This document shows, piece after piece, positions 17,214-26,855 of a stretch of DNA of 26,855 nt (the first letter of the stretch is position 1; each line of letters opens with the position of its first letter). The position numbers and the translations under genes are program-made. The stretch comes from a bacterium (GTDB lineage Bacteria > RBG-13-61-14 > DATKZS01). Location: NCBI GenBank assembly GCA_046484135.1, contig JAWOBU010000115.1, positions 1-26,855 on the forward strand, in the 5' to 3' direction. The notes below the pieces were generated by a model. That model saw only the letters and a program-made list of their open reading frames with translations, did no database searches and was not told where the DNA came from.

Positions 17214-17303
17214 TTACTTGCGTTTATGTCTCTGCTTCTTTAACATCTTGCGCTTTTTGTGCTTGCGCATTTTCTTTCTTCGCTTCTTGATTACACTACC
17301 CAT
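17214..17303 (-). CDS. Small basic bS22-like (AURKAIP1/COX24-domain) ribosomal protein, 29 aa
   Basis: Manual translation MGSVIKKRRKKMRKHKKRKMLKKQRHKRK*, AAGGAG RBS; below the ORF-track size cutoff. Confidence 0.92.
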   Translation of the reverse strand: MGSVIKKRRKKMRKHKKRKMLKKQRHKRK

Positions 17304-17384
17304 GCCTTCTCCTTGCTTACTTTATTGCTTCTCGGTCTCCCGTTAAGAAAGCCCGCAGGAAGCCCTAGCGGGTCAAAAACATAT

Positions 17385-17412
17385 ATTATATTTGATCGCG
17401 CCAAAATGACAA
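17385..17412 (-). promoter_or_regulatory. Probable sigma70 promoter of the bS22-like gene
   Basis: Minus strand TTGTCA (17412-17407), 16-nt spacer, TATAAT (17390-17385). Confidence 0.65.
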
Positions 17413-17469
17413 CCCCCGGAAGCTCTTTATGTTCTCGAAGCCTGGAAATAAGGGACGAGCCTTCCCTGT

Positions 17470-18750
17470 TTATTTTACGGGGCGGTTTCCCTCGCATTCG
17501 CTTATTATCTTTTCCAGGGTCTTCCTGGAGATGGAGCCGGGCAGGGTGTTGCCGTCGCACACGTAGGTGGGGGTGGCATTGATTTCCAGGTTTATGCCTT
17601 CCATTACATCATGGTGTACTTTGTCTTCCGGGAGTTTCGATTCCATGCATATTCGGAACTTCTCCGGATCAACTCCGGTGGCTTCCACAGCCTCTTGCGT
17701 GCTTACGCACTCTTTTTGGCGGGGCAGGTTGAACAGGTAGTCGTTCATTTTCCAGAAGCTCTTGATTCCCTGCTCCGCCGCGCAAACGGCGTAGTAGGAG
17801 TACTTGCACGCACAGGGATGGTACTCTCGTTTAATGAGGGGATGGCAGTTATGGTCAAGGGGAAGGTGCTTGTGTACGATTCTTATTTTCTCATGGTAGT
17901 CGGTGAGCATCCTTCGCAGGTCGGCGTGGGACTTTCGGCAGTGAGGACATTGATAGTCGGTGAACTCGGTGATGACCGCCCGCGGGTCTGCCGCGCCGAT
18001 CCAGGGCCGGCCGTCTTCGGTAAAGCCCGCTTTAAGCCCGCCTTTAATGGTGGGCATGTTCTGATCTTGCCGGCAGGCCTCCGGAGGAGCGGTGGTAAGG
18101 CCGGAAAAGGCCAGCTTGAAAGCGCCCATGCTTACGGCCGACAATGCAATTATGGAGATGAGCACCGGCGCGGATACGCGCGCGAGCCTGCCCCGTTCCC
18201 GAAAAAGTGAAAACAAAGATTTAAGGCCCGCCACGCCTCCTTCGCCGAAAAAGAGAAGCAGGGCGAAAGGAAAAAGCAGCATGTTCAAAACGTAGATCAG
18301 GATACAGTACGGACAGAGCACCTCGAGCAAAACCTCGGAGATGTAAAGAAGACCGAGACTCGTTATTACCGACACCAGGGAAAGCGCCGCGTTCAAAGAC
18401 ACGGCCAGGTTGCGGCGCTCCTTGCTCCCGGAGAAGAAAAAGCACGCCACCGCCAGCATGGAAAGGTAAGCCGCCACTCCCCACACCGACACCGGTATGC
18501 CCAGAAAGGCGGAGTAGGCGCTCTCCGCCACCGTCATGCAGTTAAGCTCCTGGTTCACGGCGCAGATGCTCTCGTAGCCCGGCTCGGTCCTTACCTTGAC
18601 CCACACCCGCGTGAGCTCCAGCGACACCAGAAGGCCCCCGAGCGCCAGCACTATGAAGATAAGCCGGTAATACCCGGCTTTCTTACCGGACCTTCCGTCC
18701 TTTCCGGACGGAGTCTCTTTTTCCACCGTTTTTACTTCCTGCTCAGACAT
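17470..18750 (-). CDS. VKOR family / DsbA-like thioredoxin fusion
   Basis: VKOR loop Cys pair (SIC...LNC), GIPVSVWG, CPYC; C-terminal EFTDYQCPHC and ATPT cis-Pro motif. Confidence 0.92.
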   Translation of the reverse strand: MSEQEVKTVEKETPSGKDGRSGKKAGYYRLIFIVLALGGLLVSLELTRVWVKVRTEPGYESICAVNQELNCMTVAESAYSAFLGIPVSVWGVAAYLSMLAVACFFFSGSKERRNLAVSLNAALSLVSVITSLGLLYISEVLLEVLCPYCILIYVLNMLLFPFALLLFFGEGGVAGLKSLFSLFRERGRLARVSAPVLISIIALSAVSMGAFKLAFSGLTTAPPEACRQDQNMPTIKGGLKAGFTEDGRPWIGAADPRAVITEFTDYQCPHCRKSHADLRRMLTDYHEKIRIVHKHLPLDHNCHPLIKREYHPCACKYSYYAVCAAEQGIKSFWKMNDYLFNLPRQKECVSTQEAVEATGVDPEKFRICMESKLPEDKVHHDVMEGINLEINATPTYVCDGNTLPGSISRKTLEKIISECEGNRPVK

Positions 18751-18779
18751 GAATTCTCACCCGTACTTCGATTTCAGGT

Positions 18780-19979
18780 TCACCCTGTTTCCGGCTTCTT
18801 TACTTCCGGCTCTTCCAGCTTGTAGCGGGAAGGAACAAGCATTTTAGGTACAGCTTTTTTTACTACGTTAGAGAGTATTTTTCCGCTTCGGGTTTCCACT
18901 TTTCTGAAAACCGGCTCCCCCAGCGCCTCGGCCAGGAGCTCCAGGGTATGGACCAGCCGGGGAGCCCCCGGGTAAAATCTCCGGCTCATGTTCATAACAA
19001 GATAGCATCCTCCGCAGTAGACGGCCATCTCGGAGGCCCCGGTGGCAGACCCCTCTTTCAGCTCGCGCAGGCTGACCTTTACTATGTCATGGGGCATCAT
19101 CCGGTTGCAGCCCGCGGCAATCCCGCAGCAAATGCCGTCCTCGTGGTGGTGCTTGGGGTTTATCACTCGAAGGCCAAGCCTTTGATACAGCTCGCGGGTG
19201 GTTTCCATGATCTCGTCGCCCAGGACCCGGGCATGGCACGAGTCGTGGACGGTTACGGTCCGGTCTAGCTTGCGCGAAATGGACAGCTCGCCCGCGTCCA
19301 TCCTCTTCAACAGCCACACCGCCAGGTACTCGCACTCGAACTCGAAGCCGGCGCCGAAGCGCGGCAGCACGTTCCGGAACATGTTCATGCAGGCCGGGCA
19401 GGGAAACACCACCTTTTTGATGTCGCGGCCCCGGTAGTATCGGTCCAGGCTCCGGGCGATCTTTTCCACGATCTCGAACGCTCCCATCCGGTAGAAAGGC
19501 TCTCCGCAGCAGAGCGACCAGTCGCCGGCTACGGGAAGCCCGGCAAGCGCGCTTACGCGGGTGAGCGCAGGCAGGGTCATGAGGTTGCAGCCGGGATACA
19601 TGAACTCCCCCTGGGGGGCCGTGTTTTGCCAGTGCTCCAGCATCTCTTGTTCCTCCGGGTCCATCTCCGGCACCATGTCGGTCCGGTAGTTGGGCTGGTG
19701 ATAGGGAAGGAGGTAAGACGCCCGCACCGGCAGTCCCCGCTCGCTGTAGCGCCCGGACCAGCGTGAAAGGATCAGGTCGTAAGGGTTGGCGTTCTCCGGA
19801 CAGAAGGCGTCGCAGGCGTAACAGCTCACGCATTTTTGCATGACGTGCCTGGTGGGCTTTCCTTCGATGAGCCGCGATATTTCGAGGACGGCCTCCCGCC
19901 GGGACAGGTCCATGTACTGACAGCGGGTAAAGCACTCGCCGCAGCAAGTACAAAGGTCTTCGCGAAAAACACCGGACAA
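18780..19979 (-). CDS. Fe-S oxidoreductase with CCG domains (HdrD/GlpC-like)
   Basis: Two CxxCxxCxxxC motifs, two CCG motifs, CPAC, HDSCH; TTG start after GGGAG. Confidence 0.9.
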   Translation of the reverse strand: MSGVFREDLCTCCGECFTRCQYMDLSRREAVLEISRLIEGKPTRHVMQKCVSCYACDAFCPENANPYDLILSRWSGRYSERGLPVRASYLLPYHQPNYRTDMVPEMDPEEQEMLEHWQNTAPQGEFMYPGCNLMTLPALTRVSALAGLPVAGDWSLCCGEPFYRMGAFEIVEKIARSLDRYYRGRDIKKVVFPCPACMNMFRNVLPRFGAGFEFECEYLAVWLLKRMDAGELSISRKLDRTVTVHDSCHARVLGDEIMETTRELYQRLGLRVINPKHHHEDGICCGIAAGCNRMMPHDIVKVSLRELKEGSATGASEMAVYCGGCYLVMNMSRRFYPGAPRLVHTLELLAEALGEPVFRKVETRSGKILSNVVKKAVPKMLVPSRYKLEEPEVKKPETG

Positions 19980-19994
19980 ACCGATACTCCCTTT

Positions 19995-20786
19995 TCAGCC
20001 GGACCCGTCCCGGAAACGTACCAGCCAGTCCTCTGCGATCTGCAAGGCGTGCTCCTCGACCCGCAAGCGGTGCTTGCCGCCCGGCAACGGAAGAAGCTCT
20101 TTAGGCTCGCCCGCCTTCTCGTACAGGGCCTTCGCCTGCTCGAAGGGTATGACCTCGTCCTCTTCCCCGTGCAGCAACAGCACCGGCCGCGGTGAGACCT
20201 TGTCAATCCACTTCCGGGGCGCCACCGTCTGGAACTCCTTTTGCCAGTCTTCCGGCGAGCGCGGGAAATCTTCCGAGCGGATCAGCCCGATCTGCTTGAA
20301 AAGCTTGATCCAGCCTCCCGCGGGCATGGTGTCCTCCAGAAAAGAAAACTCGGCGGGAGAACTGCCGGAAACCACCGCCTTGATTCCAGGATCGTGGGCG
20401 GCCGCGTATATGGCCAGCGCTCCTCCCGCGCTAAAGCCCATGAGCGCAACCCTGTCGGGATCAGCCCGCTCAAGACCGCGGCTGTACTCGATGACCGCGA
20501 AAAGGTCCTCGGCCCAGCCCGCCATGCTGAGGTCGCCGCCGGAGGCGCCCGTGCCGCGGAAGTTGAAAATCACCGACAGAAACCCCTGCCGGGCGAACCG
20601 CTCGGCAATAACATTATAAGAGCGGTCTCCCGGTTGAGGCTTGGAACGGGGGATTCCGTGCAGGATGATAAGTACGGGAAGAGACGAGACTCCTTCCAAA
20701 GCGAACCGGGAGCCGGCAATAAGGGTGCCGTTTACATCGAGGCGGAATTCCTGTCTTTCTATCTCCTTTTTATCACCGGCGGCCAT
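19995..20786 (-). CDS. Alpha/beta hydrolase
   Basis: FNFRGTGASGG, GFSAGG, HGEEDEVIP, GKH. Confidence 0.92.
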   Translation of the reverse strand: MAAGDKKEIERQEFRLDVNGTLIAGSRFALEGVSSLPVLIILHGIPRSKPQPGDRSYNVIAERFARQGFLSVIFNFRGTGASGGDLSMAGWAEDLFAVIEYSRGLERADPDRVALMGFSAGGALAIYAAAHDPGIKAVVSGSSPAEFSFLEDTMPAGGWIKLFKQIGLIRSEDFPRSPEDWQKEFQTVAPRKWIDKVSPRPVLLLHGEEDEVIPFEQAKALYEKAGEPKELLPLPGGKHRLRVEEHALQIAEDWLVRFRDGSG

Positions 20787-20884
20787 GCTCGTTTCCCTGT
20801 TTTGATTCTATCATGCTTTCCGGCCAAATAAATCCACGGGAATGCGGCCGCCGCGACGCAATTAAACTCCGGAGCGGCCCTGTA

Positions 20885-21952
20885 TTACTTGTCTTCCTTC
20901 TCCGGCCGCGCATCCGGCCGGCCCTGGGTGAGCTTGTCGCCGATCGCTTCTGAAATGCGGCGGGCCGCGATCTCATGGGCTTTGGCGGAAGGATGAAAGT
21001 TGTTTCCCGGCAGGGTCAGCTCGCTCTCGGGATACTTTTTGAAGTGAGGATACAGGTCCACGGTGGCGAAGCCCTGGGTTCGGGCGGCTCTCATCACTTG
21101 ACGGTGGATGTCCTGATAAGGATACTCCGGCCAGGCGGGTACGTTCAGAGCGGGAAAGATAACCACCAGCACCGGCACGTCGTGCCGGTTTTTCCATCTG
21201 CCGAGCTTAGCGAAAGAGTTTTCCACGGCACTCCACGAGCGGGGATCGTTGTGCAGATAGCGGTAGTAGTCGCCTCCGCCCAGTTTTTCGACCTTCCTCT
21301 TCCAAAGCCACTTGTAAGCCAGGCGAGTCAGGTTCAAGTGTTGCCACCATTTCACCGGCCGGTAATGGGCAACCAGCGGCTGCACCGGCTCCCTGTCCGG
21401 ATCGTTCAGAAAGTACTGCACGATCACCAGGTCGGGCTCGAGGGGGACGCCGCGGTTAAGCAGAAGATTGACCTCGTCTTTAGTGCCATAGCCGCTTATG
21501 CCCATGTTGATGACCTCGACCTTTGGGGAGCGCGCGCTCGAAAGCAAGTTTTCCAGCAAGGCGGGGTAGGTCCGCTCTCTTTTAACTCCCCAGGCAAATG
21601 TAAAGGAATCTCCCAGCACCAGTACCCGGAAGACGCCCTCGGGCTTTTTCTTTTTTGTCTTGGGGGCGCGAAAGCCCATGCTGTTGGTTCGTATGCGTTG
21701 TTTGCCCGAGCCTATGTCCAGGCCGGGAGCGAGCTCATAATCGAGGCCGGGAACATTGGAAGGACGATGAACGGTTTCAAACCAGAGCTTTCCAAAGACC
21801 TCCCTTTCCGGGTTGAACTCGACTGGAATGCCGGCAAGGCGCAAGGCCCCTTCCGCAAGGAGGAGCGCGAGCACCAGCGCGCTGAAGGAAAGTATCAAGC
21901 GGCGGAGGATGCGGCCGCGGGGAAATCGAGATTTTTGGCTTGTCTTAAACAT
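20885..21952 (-). CDS. Membrane-anchored SGNH/GDSL hydrolase
   Basis: N-terminal TM, LGDSFT, NMGISGY, FLND, NFHPS. Confidence 0.9.
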   Translation of the reverse strand: MFKTSQKSRFPRGRILRRLILSFSALVLALLLAEGALRLAGIPVEFNPEREVFGKLWFETVHRPSNVPGLDYELAPGLDIGSGKQRIRTNSMGFRAPKTKKKKPEGVFRVLVLGDSFTFAWGVKRERTYPALLENLLSSARSPKVEVINMGISGYGTKDEVNLLLNRGVPLEPDLVIVQYFLNDPDREPVQPLVAHYRPVKWWQHLNLTRLAYKWLWKRKVEKLGGGDYYRYLHNDPRSWSAVENSFAKLGRWKNRHDVPVLVVIFPALNVPAWPEYPYQDIHRQVMRAARTQGFATVDLYPHFKKYPESELTLPGNNFHPSAKAHEIAARRISEAIGDKLTQGRPDARPEKEDK

Positions 21953-21972
21953 TACGGCTTTTCAGTCTTGTG

Positions 21973-21995
21973 TCGCGACTAAAGTCGCTCGCACG
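21973..21995. repeat. REP-like palindromic repeat, copy 2
   Basis: TCGCGACTAAAGTCGCTCGCACG. Confidence 0.82.
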
Positions 21996-22243
21996 ATAAA
22001 CAATATTTAATCGGACCCTCGTTTTTAATGTGGCTCGGCAGCATAGTCGCCCATTCTAGACGGTGGCGAGGATTTTTCAACCGGGAGTTAAGGCGATGGA
22101 GAGAAGGGAAGCTCTATGTTTTTTGAGGGAGACGGAGGGCTTTAGTATATTAATAACCTCAGGCTTTACCCGCGGAGGGGACGAGCCGGCACCGTCTGTT
22201 ACTGCATAAAACAACATTTCACTGAAGACAGGGGTAAGGAATC

Positions 22244-24898
22244 ATGAAGAAAGCGATAGTCGCTGGTTTGGTTATTTCTCTTCTTGCAATTATCGGCTGC
22301 ATTACTGCTTTTCAGAGCTACAAGAAGAATCCGGAACCGGCACTTGCCGACTATAACGCGAAGTTGTCCGTGCCGGGCCTCGAGTCAGGCGCCAACGTCT
22401 ACCGGGGCGAATACGGGGTCCCCCACATCTTTGCCGACAATGAAAAGGACTTGTTTTTTGCCATCGGCTATGCCCAGGCCCAGGACCGGCTTTGGGAGAT
22501 GGTGCTCTTGCGGGCGTTCGCCCAGGGCCGTCTCTCCGAGATACTGGGCGCGGTAAAGGCGCCGGGCGCCCGTTTCAAGGGGCTTCCCATTGATACGATA
22601 GTGATAGACGAGATGATGCGGACCTTCGGGCTCAAGCACATCGGGGAGGCGGGCGAGGCCCTGCTCCGCAAAAAGCGGCCCCGCATCTATAAACAGCTCG
22701 ACTCGTTCACCAGGGGCGTCAATCATTACATTGACACGCACGATAAGTGGAAAGAGCTGCCGGTCGAGTTCCAGATGCTCCGGGTCAGGCCCGGCCGGTT
22801 CCGGCCCGCGGACGTGGTGAGCGCCGGTCGGCTGATGGGCTTTCTTCTGACCTACTCCTGGCAGTTCGAGCTGTTCCGTTACGGCGTTTACCAGAAGTAC
22901 GGCGAGGACGTGATGTGGGAGGCCGCGCCCATTCACGATCATTACGGACCGACTATCGTTCCGCCCGATCTCCTGGAACACAAGCTTGAAGAGCCGCGCA
23001 ACATCCCGCCCGGCGGCCGGCCGCCCGACAAGTACCTGCCCTACCCTTATGAATCCTCCCTCTCCGGAGAAGCCGCGTTAGACGTAGTCGCGGCCTATGG
23101 CGGCCTGCGGCGCTCCCTAAGCGAGCGGCTTCCTTTCGCTTCCAACAAGTGGATACTGGCGGGAAACATGACCGAGACCGGCACTCCCATGCTGGGCAAT
23201 GACACCCACCTTCCCACCATGCAGCCGTCCATCTGGTACATGTGCCACGTAAAAGGCGCGGGCATTGACTCCTACGGTGTCATGCTTCCGGGCACTCCTT
23301 ACCATGCCCTGGGTCATACCAAAGACCTGGCGTGGGCGGCCACCACCTCGATCGCGGACGTGCAGGACCTCTATCTGGAAACCGTGGACGAGGACAACCA
23401 TCCGGGCAAGTACCTGCACGAAGGAGAGTGGAAGCCCTTTACGGTCCGCAAAGAGGTCATCAAGATCAGGCAGGTCCCCTCGCAGAAATGTATTGACAAG
23501 GAGATCGAGGTACGGCAGACCGTGCACGGGCCGGTGATCACTGATTACGTTCCCCTGCCGGAAGGCACTCCTCCGGTGGCCATGCGCTGGACCGCCTGGG
23601 ACTTCAGCCGCAACCGGGAGGTTTACAAGGCGCTTATCACTTCGCCGACGGTAGACGAGTTCATGGCCAAGGCGGACGGAATTCCGGAGGAAGAGTTCCG
23701 GCTCATGAACGTTTCGGTTGCGCTTGATACCTTGATGCGGGGCGAGAGCATCGAGGACTTCAAGCGGGCCATGGACCAGATAGTGGTTCCGAGCCAGAAC
23801 TGGAGCGCGGCAGACTCTGACGGCAACATCGCGTACATTCCGGGCGGCCTGGTGCCGATCCGGAAGAAGGGCCTGGGCGTGATGCCGGTGCCGGGCGCGT
23901 CCGGCAATTGGGACTGGGAAGGCTTTATTCCCCTGTCCGAGCTTCCGCGCCTCGAGAACCCGGAGCGCGGCTACATCTTTTCCGCCAACAACGAAGTGGT
24001 GGACCTGGAGTGGTACAAGCACGTGTTCTCGACCAACTACGACGGGGGATGGCGGGCCATGCGCGTAAAGGAGCTCATAGAGGAGCTCGCTCCCATTGAC
24101 ATGGCTGACATGAAACGGATGCAGAACGACGTGTTCGTTCCCAAGGCCGCGACCGAGGTCCCCATGATCCTCTCGGCCATCGAGGATAAGGGCATGGAGG
24201 ATTCGCGGGTAAAGAAGGGATATGAACAGCTTAAAGCCTGGGACTTCGAGGCTGACCTTGATTCCACCGCGACCGCGGTGTTCTTCAGGTGGGCGGAGGA
24301 GATGAGGAGGAACGTTTACGCGGACGAGATGGACAAGGAGGATTTCGAGCTTTTCATGGCGGGCTCGAACGGGGACCTTCCGGTGGAGATCATGATGAAG
24401 AAGGGCCATTCACCTGCGTTCGACGACAAGACTACCGAAGACAAGGTGGAGGACATGAACGACATAATAGTCCGTTCGGTGCGGGACGCAGTGGCTTTTC
24501 TGGAGGACCACTACGGTAAATCGCCTTCGGACTGGCGGTGGGGAGACGTTCATCCGATCAAGTTTTATCATCCGCTCGGTGTCTGGCCTTTCGAGGAGCT
24601 TTGCGTGGGTCCATTCCCGCACGTGGGATCGCGCCATACTCTGCGTTGCGCGAGCCCGCAGGAGGACGGCAAGTGGCATTTCAAGGCCACCTATGGCCCG
24701 GCCTGGCGCCACCTTATAGACCTGGGCCGGCCGGAACAGGCCCGGGTGGTGATTGACGGGTCCATATCCGGCCAGTACCTTTCGCCCCACTACCGGGACC
24801 TGCACCAGGTCTGGCTCGAAGGGGACCATCTTACCGGCACCATGGACCCGGCCGAGGTTAAGGCGAAAGCAAAGTATCGCATGGAGCTTAAGCCATGA
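22244..24898 (+). CDS. Penicillin acylase family (Ntn hydrolase) protein
   Basis: GVPHIFA, GYAQAQDRLWEM, GRLSE, ASNKW nucleophile Ser, NDTHL, TVHGP, GQYLSPHY. Confidence 0.95.
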   Translation: MKKAIVAGLVISLLAIIGCITAFQSYKKNPEPALADYNAKLSVPGLESGANVYRGEYGVPHIFADNEKDLFFAIGYAQAQDRLWEMVLLRAFAQGRLSEILGAVKAPGARFKGLPIDTIVIDEMMRTFGLKHIGEAGEALLRKKRPRIYKQLDSFTRGVNHYIDTHDKWKELPVEFQMLRVRPGRFRPADVVSAGRLMGFLLTYSWQFELFRYGVYQKYGEDVMWEAAPIHDHYGPTIVPPDLLEHKLEEPRNIPPGGRPPDKYLPYPYESSLSGEAALDVVAAYGGLRRSLSERLPFASNKWILAGNMTETGTPMLGNDTHLPTMQPSIWYMCHVKGAGIDSYGVMLPGTPYHALGHTKDLAWAATTSIADVQDLYLETVDEDNHPGKYLHEGEWKPFTVRKEVIKIRQVPSQKCIDKEIEVRQTVHGPVITDYVPLPEGTPPVAMRWTAWDFSRNREVYKALITSPTVDEFMAKADGIPEEEFRLMNVSVALDTLMRGESIEDFKRAMDQIVVPSQNWSAADSDGNIAYIPGGLVPIRKKGLGVMPVPGASGNWDWEGFIPLSELPRLENPERGYIFSANNEVVDLEWYKHVFSTNYDGGWRAMRVKELIEELAPIDMADMKRMQNDVFVPKAATEVPMILSAIEDKGMEDSRVKKGYEQLKAWDFEADLDSTATAVFFRWAEEMRRNVYADEMDKEDFELFMAGSNGDLPVEIMMKKGHSPAFDDKTTEDKVEDMNDIIVRSVRDAVAFLEDHYGKSPSDWRWGDVHPIKFYHPLGVWPFEELCVGPFPHVGSRHTLRCASPQEDGKWHFKATYGPAWRHLIDLGRPEQARVVIDGSISGQYLSPHYRDLHQVWLEGDHLTGTMDPAEVKAKAKYRMELKP

Positions 24899-24978
24899 GG
24901 GGGAAGTAAAGCGCTGGTGTTTTCTTAGTTGTTTTTGCGTCCTACAAAAAGTAGGGCTTTGGGGGCGACAGGTGAAAC

Positions 24979-25001
24979 TCGCGACTAAAGTCGCTCGCAC
25001 G
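24979..25001. repeat. REP-like palindromic repeat, copy 3
   Basis: TCGCGACTAAAGTCGCTCGCACG, identical to copy 2; lies between convergent genes. Confidence 0.82.
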
Positions 25002-25023
25002 CAGCTTGTAAAAGTTCTGTGTT

Positions 25024-26855
25024 CTAGTAAGTATAGGTGTAGTACACGTCCACGCCTCCCTGGCCTTCGGCGTCCTGGGTGGCTTCCACGGAAAAGTTCT
25101 TGTTGATGTCGTAGCGGACGCGGAACTCCTCCTCGGCCTCCTCGCCGAACTGCTGGAAGTAGTATAGGTAGAGCTTTTCGTTCACGTACTTGCCGATCCC
25201 CACTCCGGACTCTTCCGGTGTTTCGCCGGTTTCCACCACGATGGTGTCGAGGTTCAGGGCCATACCCAACGAGCTCGCGAGGTTTGCCGCGGCATAAGAA
25301 GCGGCCAGCCTTCCTCCGGTCTCGGCCAGGGACTTCTCTTCTCCGCTGGACAGCTCGCTCATGGGCCGTCCGAACAGTATGACCGACAGCACGTCCGCGG
25401 GATCGAGGGGAGGATCGGAGTAAAGCTCGACAGAAGGCTCGGACAAGGTGCCGGTGACCTTGATGTAGGTGGTGTAGTCGGGCACCCGGTAGCTGGCGAG
25501 GAGGTCCAGGCTCGGGTCTATCACGGGTATGGCGGGAAAGGTGAACACTCCTCTCTCGATCCGGAAGGGCTTGCCTTGAAAGATAAGCCAGCCGTCGTGG
25601 GTCTCGAGGTCGCCGAAGAGGAGGAAGAACCCGCCGGGCGGCTTCCGGACCCGCAGTTCTCCCCCAAAACGGATGTTGAGCTCGGAGTTGCGCAGTCGGG
25701 CGTGATCGGGGATCGTTATCTTAATGTCCAGGTCGCCCCGGTCGAGCAGAGGCGAGCTTTCAGCGATTTCTTTTTCCTCTCCTTTGACCCGGATGGTCGG
25801 GTCCGGTGTCTCCCACGAGGTCCCTTCATAGGCCAGGATCAAGGGAGGCCGGTAAGTAAGCTCGGTAAACTTGACCTTGCCTCCGAAGCGGGGATGGTCC
25901 AGGTCTCCGCGCAAGGAGAGGTCCGCGTCCACGGATGCGTTGATGTCGGGAGTGTTCATGGCCTTGAAGTTGTCCGCCTCGAGCTTGAGGTCAAGATCGG
26001 CAACAGAGTAGTCCTGAATGCGGAAGCCGCCCGCGAGCTTTGCCCTGCCGCCTCCGGAGAACACGGTGATCTCGGGTATCCGGACCACATTATCTTTTAT
26101 ATCGGCAACGCCTGAGAGGCTGGAGAGGGACAGCCCCCACTCCGGCACGTTACAGCTTACGTTCATAAGCCGGGTCTTGCCGTTCCATTCGGGACTTGCG
26201 GGTGTTCCCTTTATATGCGCATAAAGCGAGGCCTTGCCGGAAAGGTCGGTCAGCCAGGGGATAAAGTAATCCAGCAAGTCCACCGACAGCTCGGGCGCAT
26301 CCACCTGGAGCTCGAATGGCCGGTCCTTGTGTAGGCTAAGCCGGGCCGGAGAGAGGCCGGCCAGCATGGCCATCTTTCCCCAGATGCGGACCTGGCCGGC
26401 GGTCTCGGAGCTTCCCCGGAAGGAAAAGTTAAACTGCTCCTGCAAGTACTTGAGATGGCCCTCGACGCGCTCCAGCCGGGTGTCCTGAATGCGGGCGCCG
26501 GTGATGCCGAAGTCGCCGGTAACCTCCGGGTCCGACATTTTGCCGGCCAGGGACACACTGCCGCTCAGTATTCCTTCCAATTTACTTTCCGGGTCGAGCT
26601 TGTCTGCCCAGGGCGCCGTGTCGAAATTGTTCAGGAACAGGCTGAGATCGGTATTTTCCTCTTCTATGGTGCCGAAGACCCCGATGGAGGACTTGTCTTT
26701 TTCCAGTTGGAACCCTTTTATGGTGAGCCCGCTTGTCTGGTAACTTAGCCGGGCGGGCTCACCATAAAAGGGACCATTTTTGGCCGATGGCGGTAAGGTC
26801 GAGCTTTTGCAAATCCAGGTCGAACCGGCTTTGATCGCTTATACTTAAACTTCCC
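25024..26855 (-). CDS. tamB: TamB-like (DUF490) protein, 5'-partial, with apparent frameshift near 26765
   Basis: Beta-taco repeats and DUF490-type C-terminus (DPSLDL, VTGTLSEP..LYSDP, GKYVNEKLY); frame open upstream of 26580; a second frame from the window end stops at TGA 26761-26759. Confidence 0.82.

Noticed and set aside
22092..22110. GGCGATGGAG resembling the start of a fluoride riboswitch
   Set aside because: The following TTCGCC pairing strand and downstream GCTRATGAC element are absent
23117..24409. 430-aa minus-strand ORF
   Set aside because: Antisense shadow of the acylase gene
24939..24960. Hairpin GTCCTAC-AAAAA-GTAGGGC as a terminator
   Set aside because: Only a 3-T tract follows; too weak to call

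Overview
GC-rich bacterial core-genome segment. The Myxococcus-type pilin domains, TIGR02266-like PilZ protein and VKOR-DsbA fusion suggest a deltaproteobacterial lineage (inference). Contents in order: tRNA-Gln(CUG) and tRNA-Glu(CUC); two tandem pilin-like genes lacking a prepilin cleavage motif; an esterase; a minus-strand biotin carboxylase / carboxyltransferase-BCCP / GTP-PEPCK cluster; an MFS transporter; a CaCA antiporter; degP-like protease; DUF1844; MEMO1-family protein; hisB-hisH; several hydrolases; PilZ; a 29-aa bS22-like gene missed by the ORF track; VKOR-DsbA; a CCG Fe-S protein; a penicillin-acylase-family protein; and a frameshifted tamB-like gene running off the window. The strongest novel signal is a ~150-nt leader upstream of the carboxylase-PEPCK cluster, with a perfect sigma70 promoter, mutually exclusive helices, an intrinsic terminator and a possible 28-aa uORF, i.e. 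a candidate unassigned riboswitch or attenuator. A dispersed REP-like palindrome family is also present. No integrase, transposase or CRISPR array was seen.
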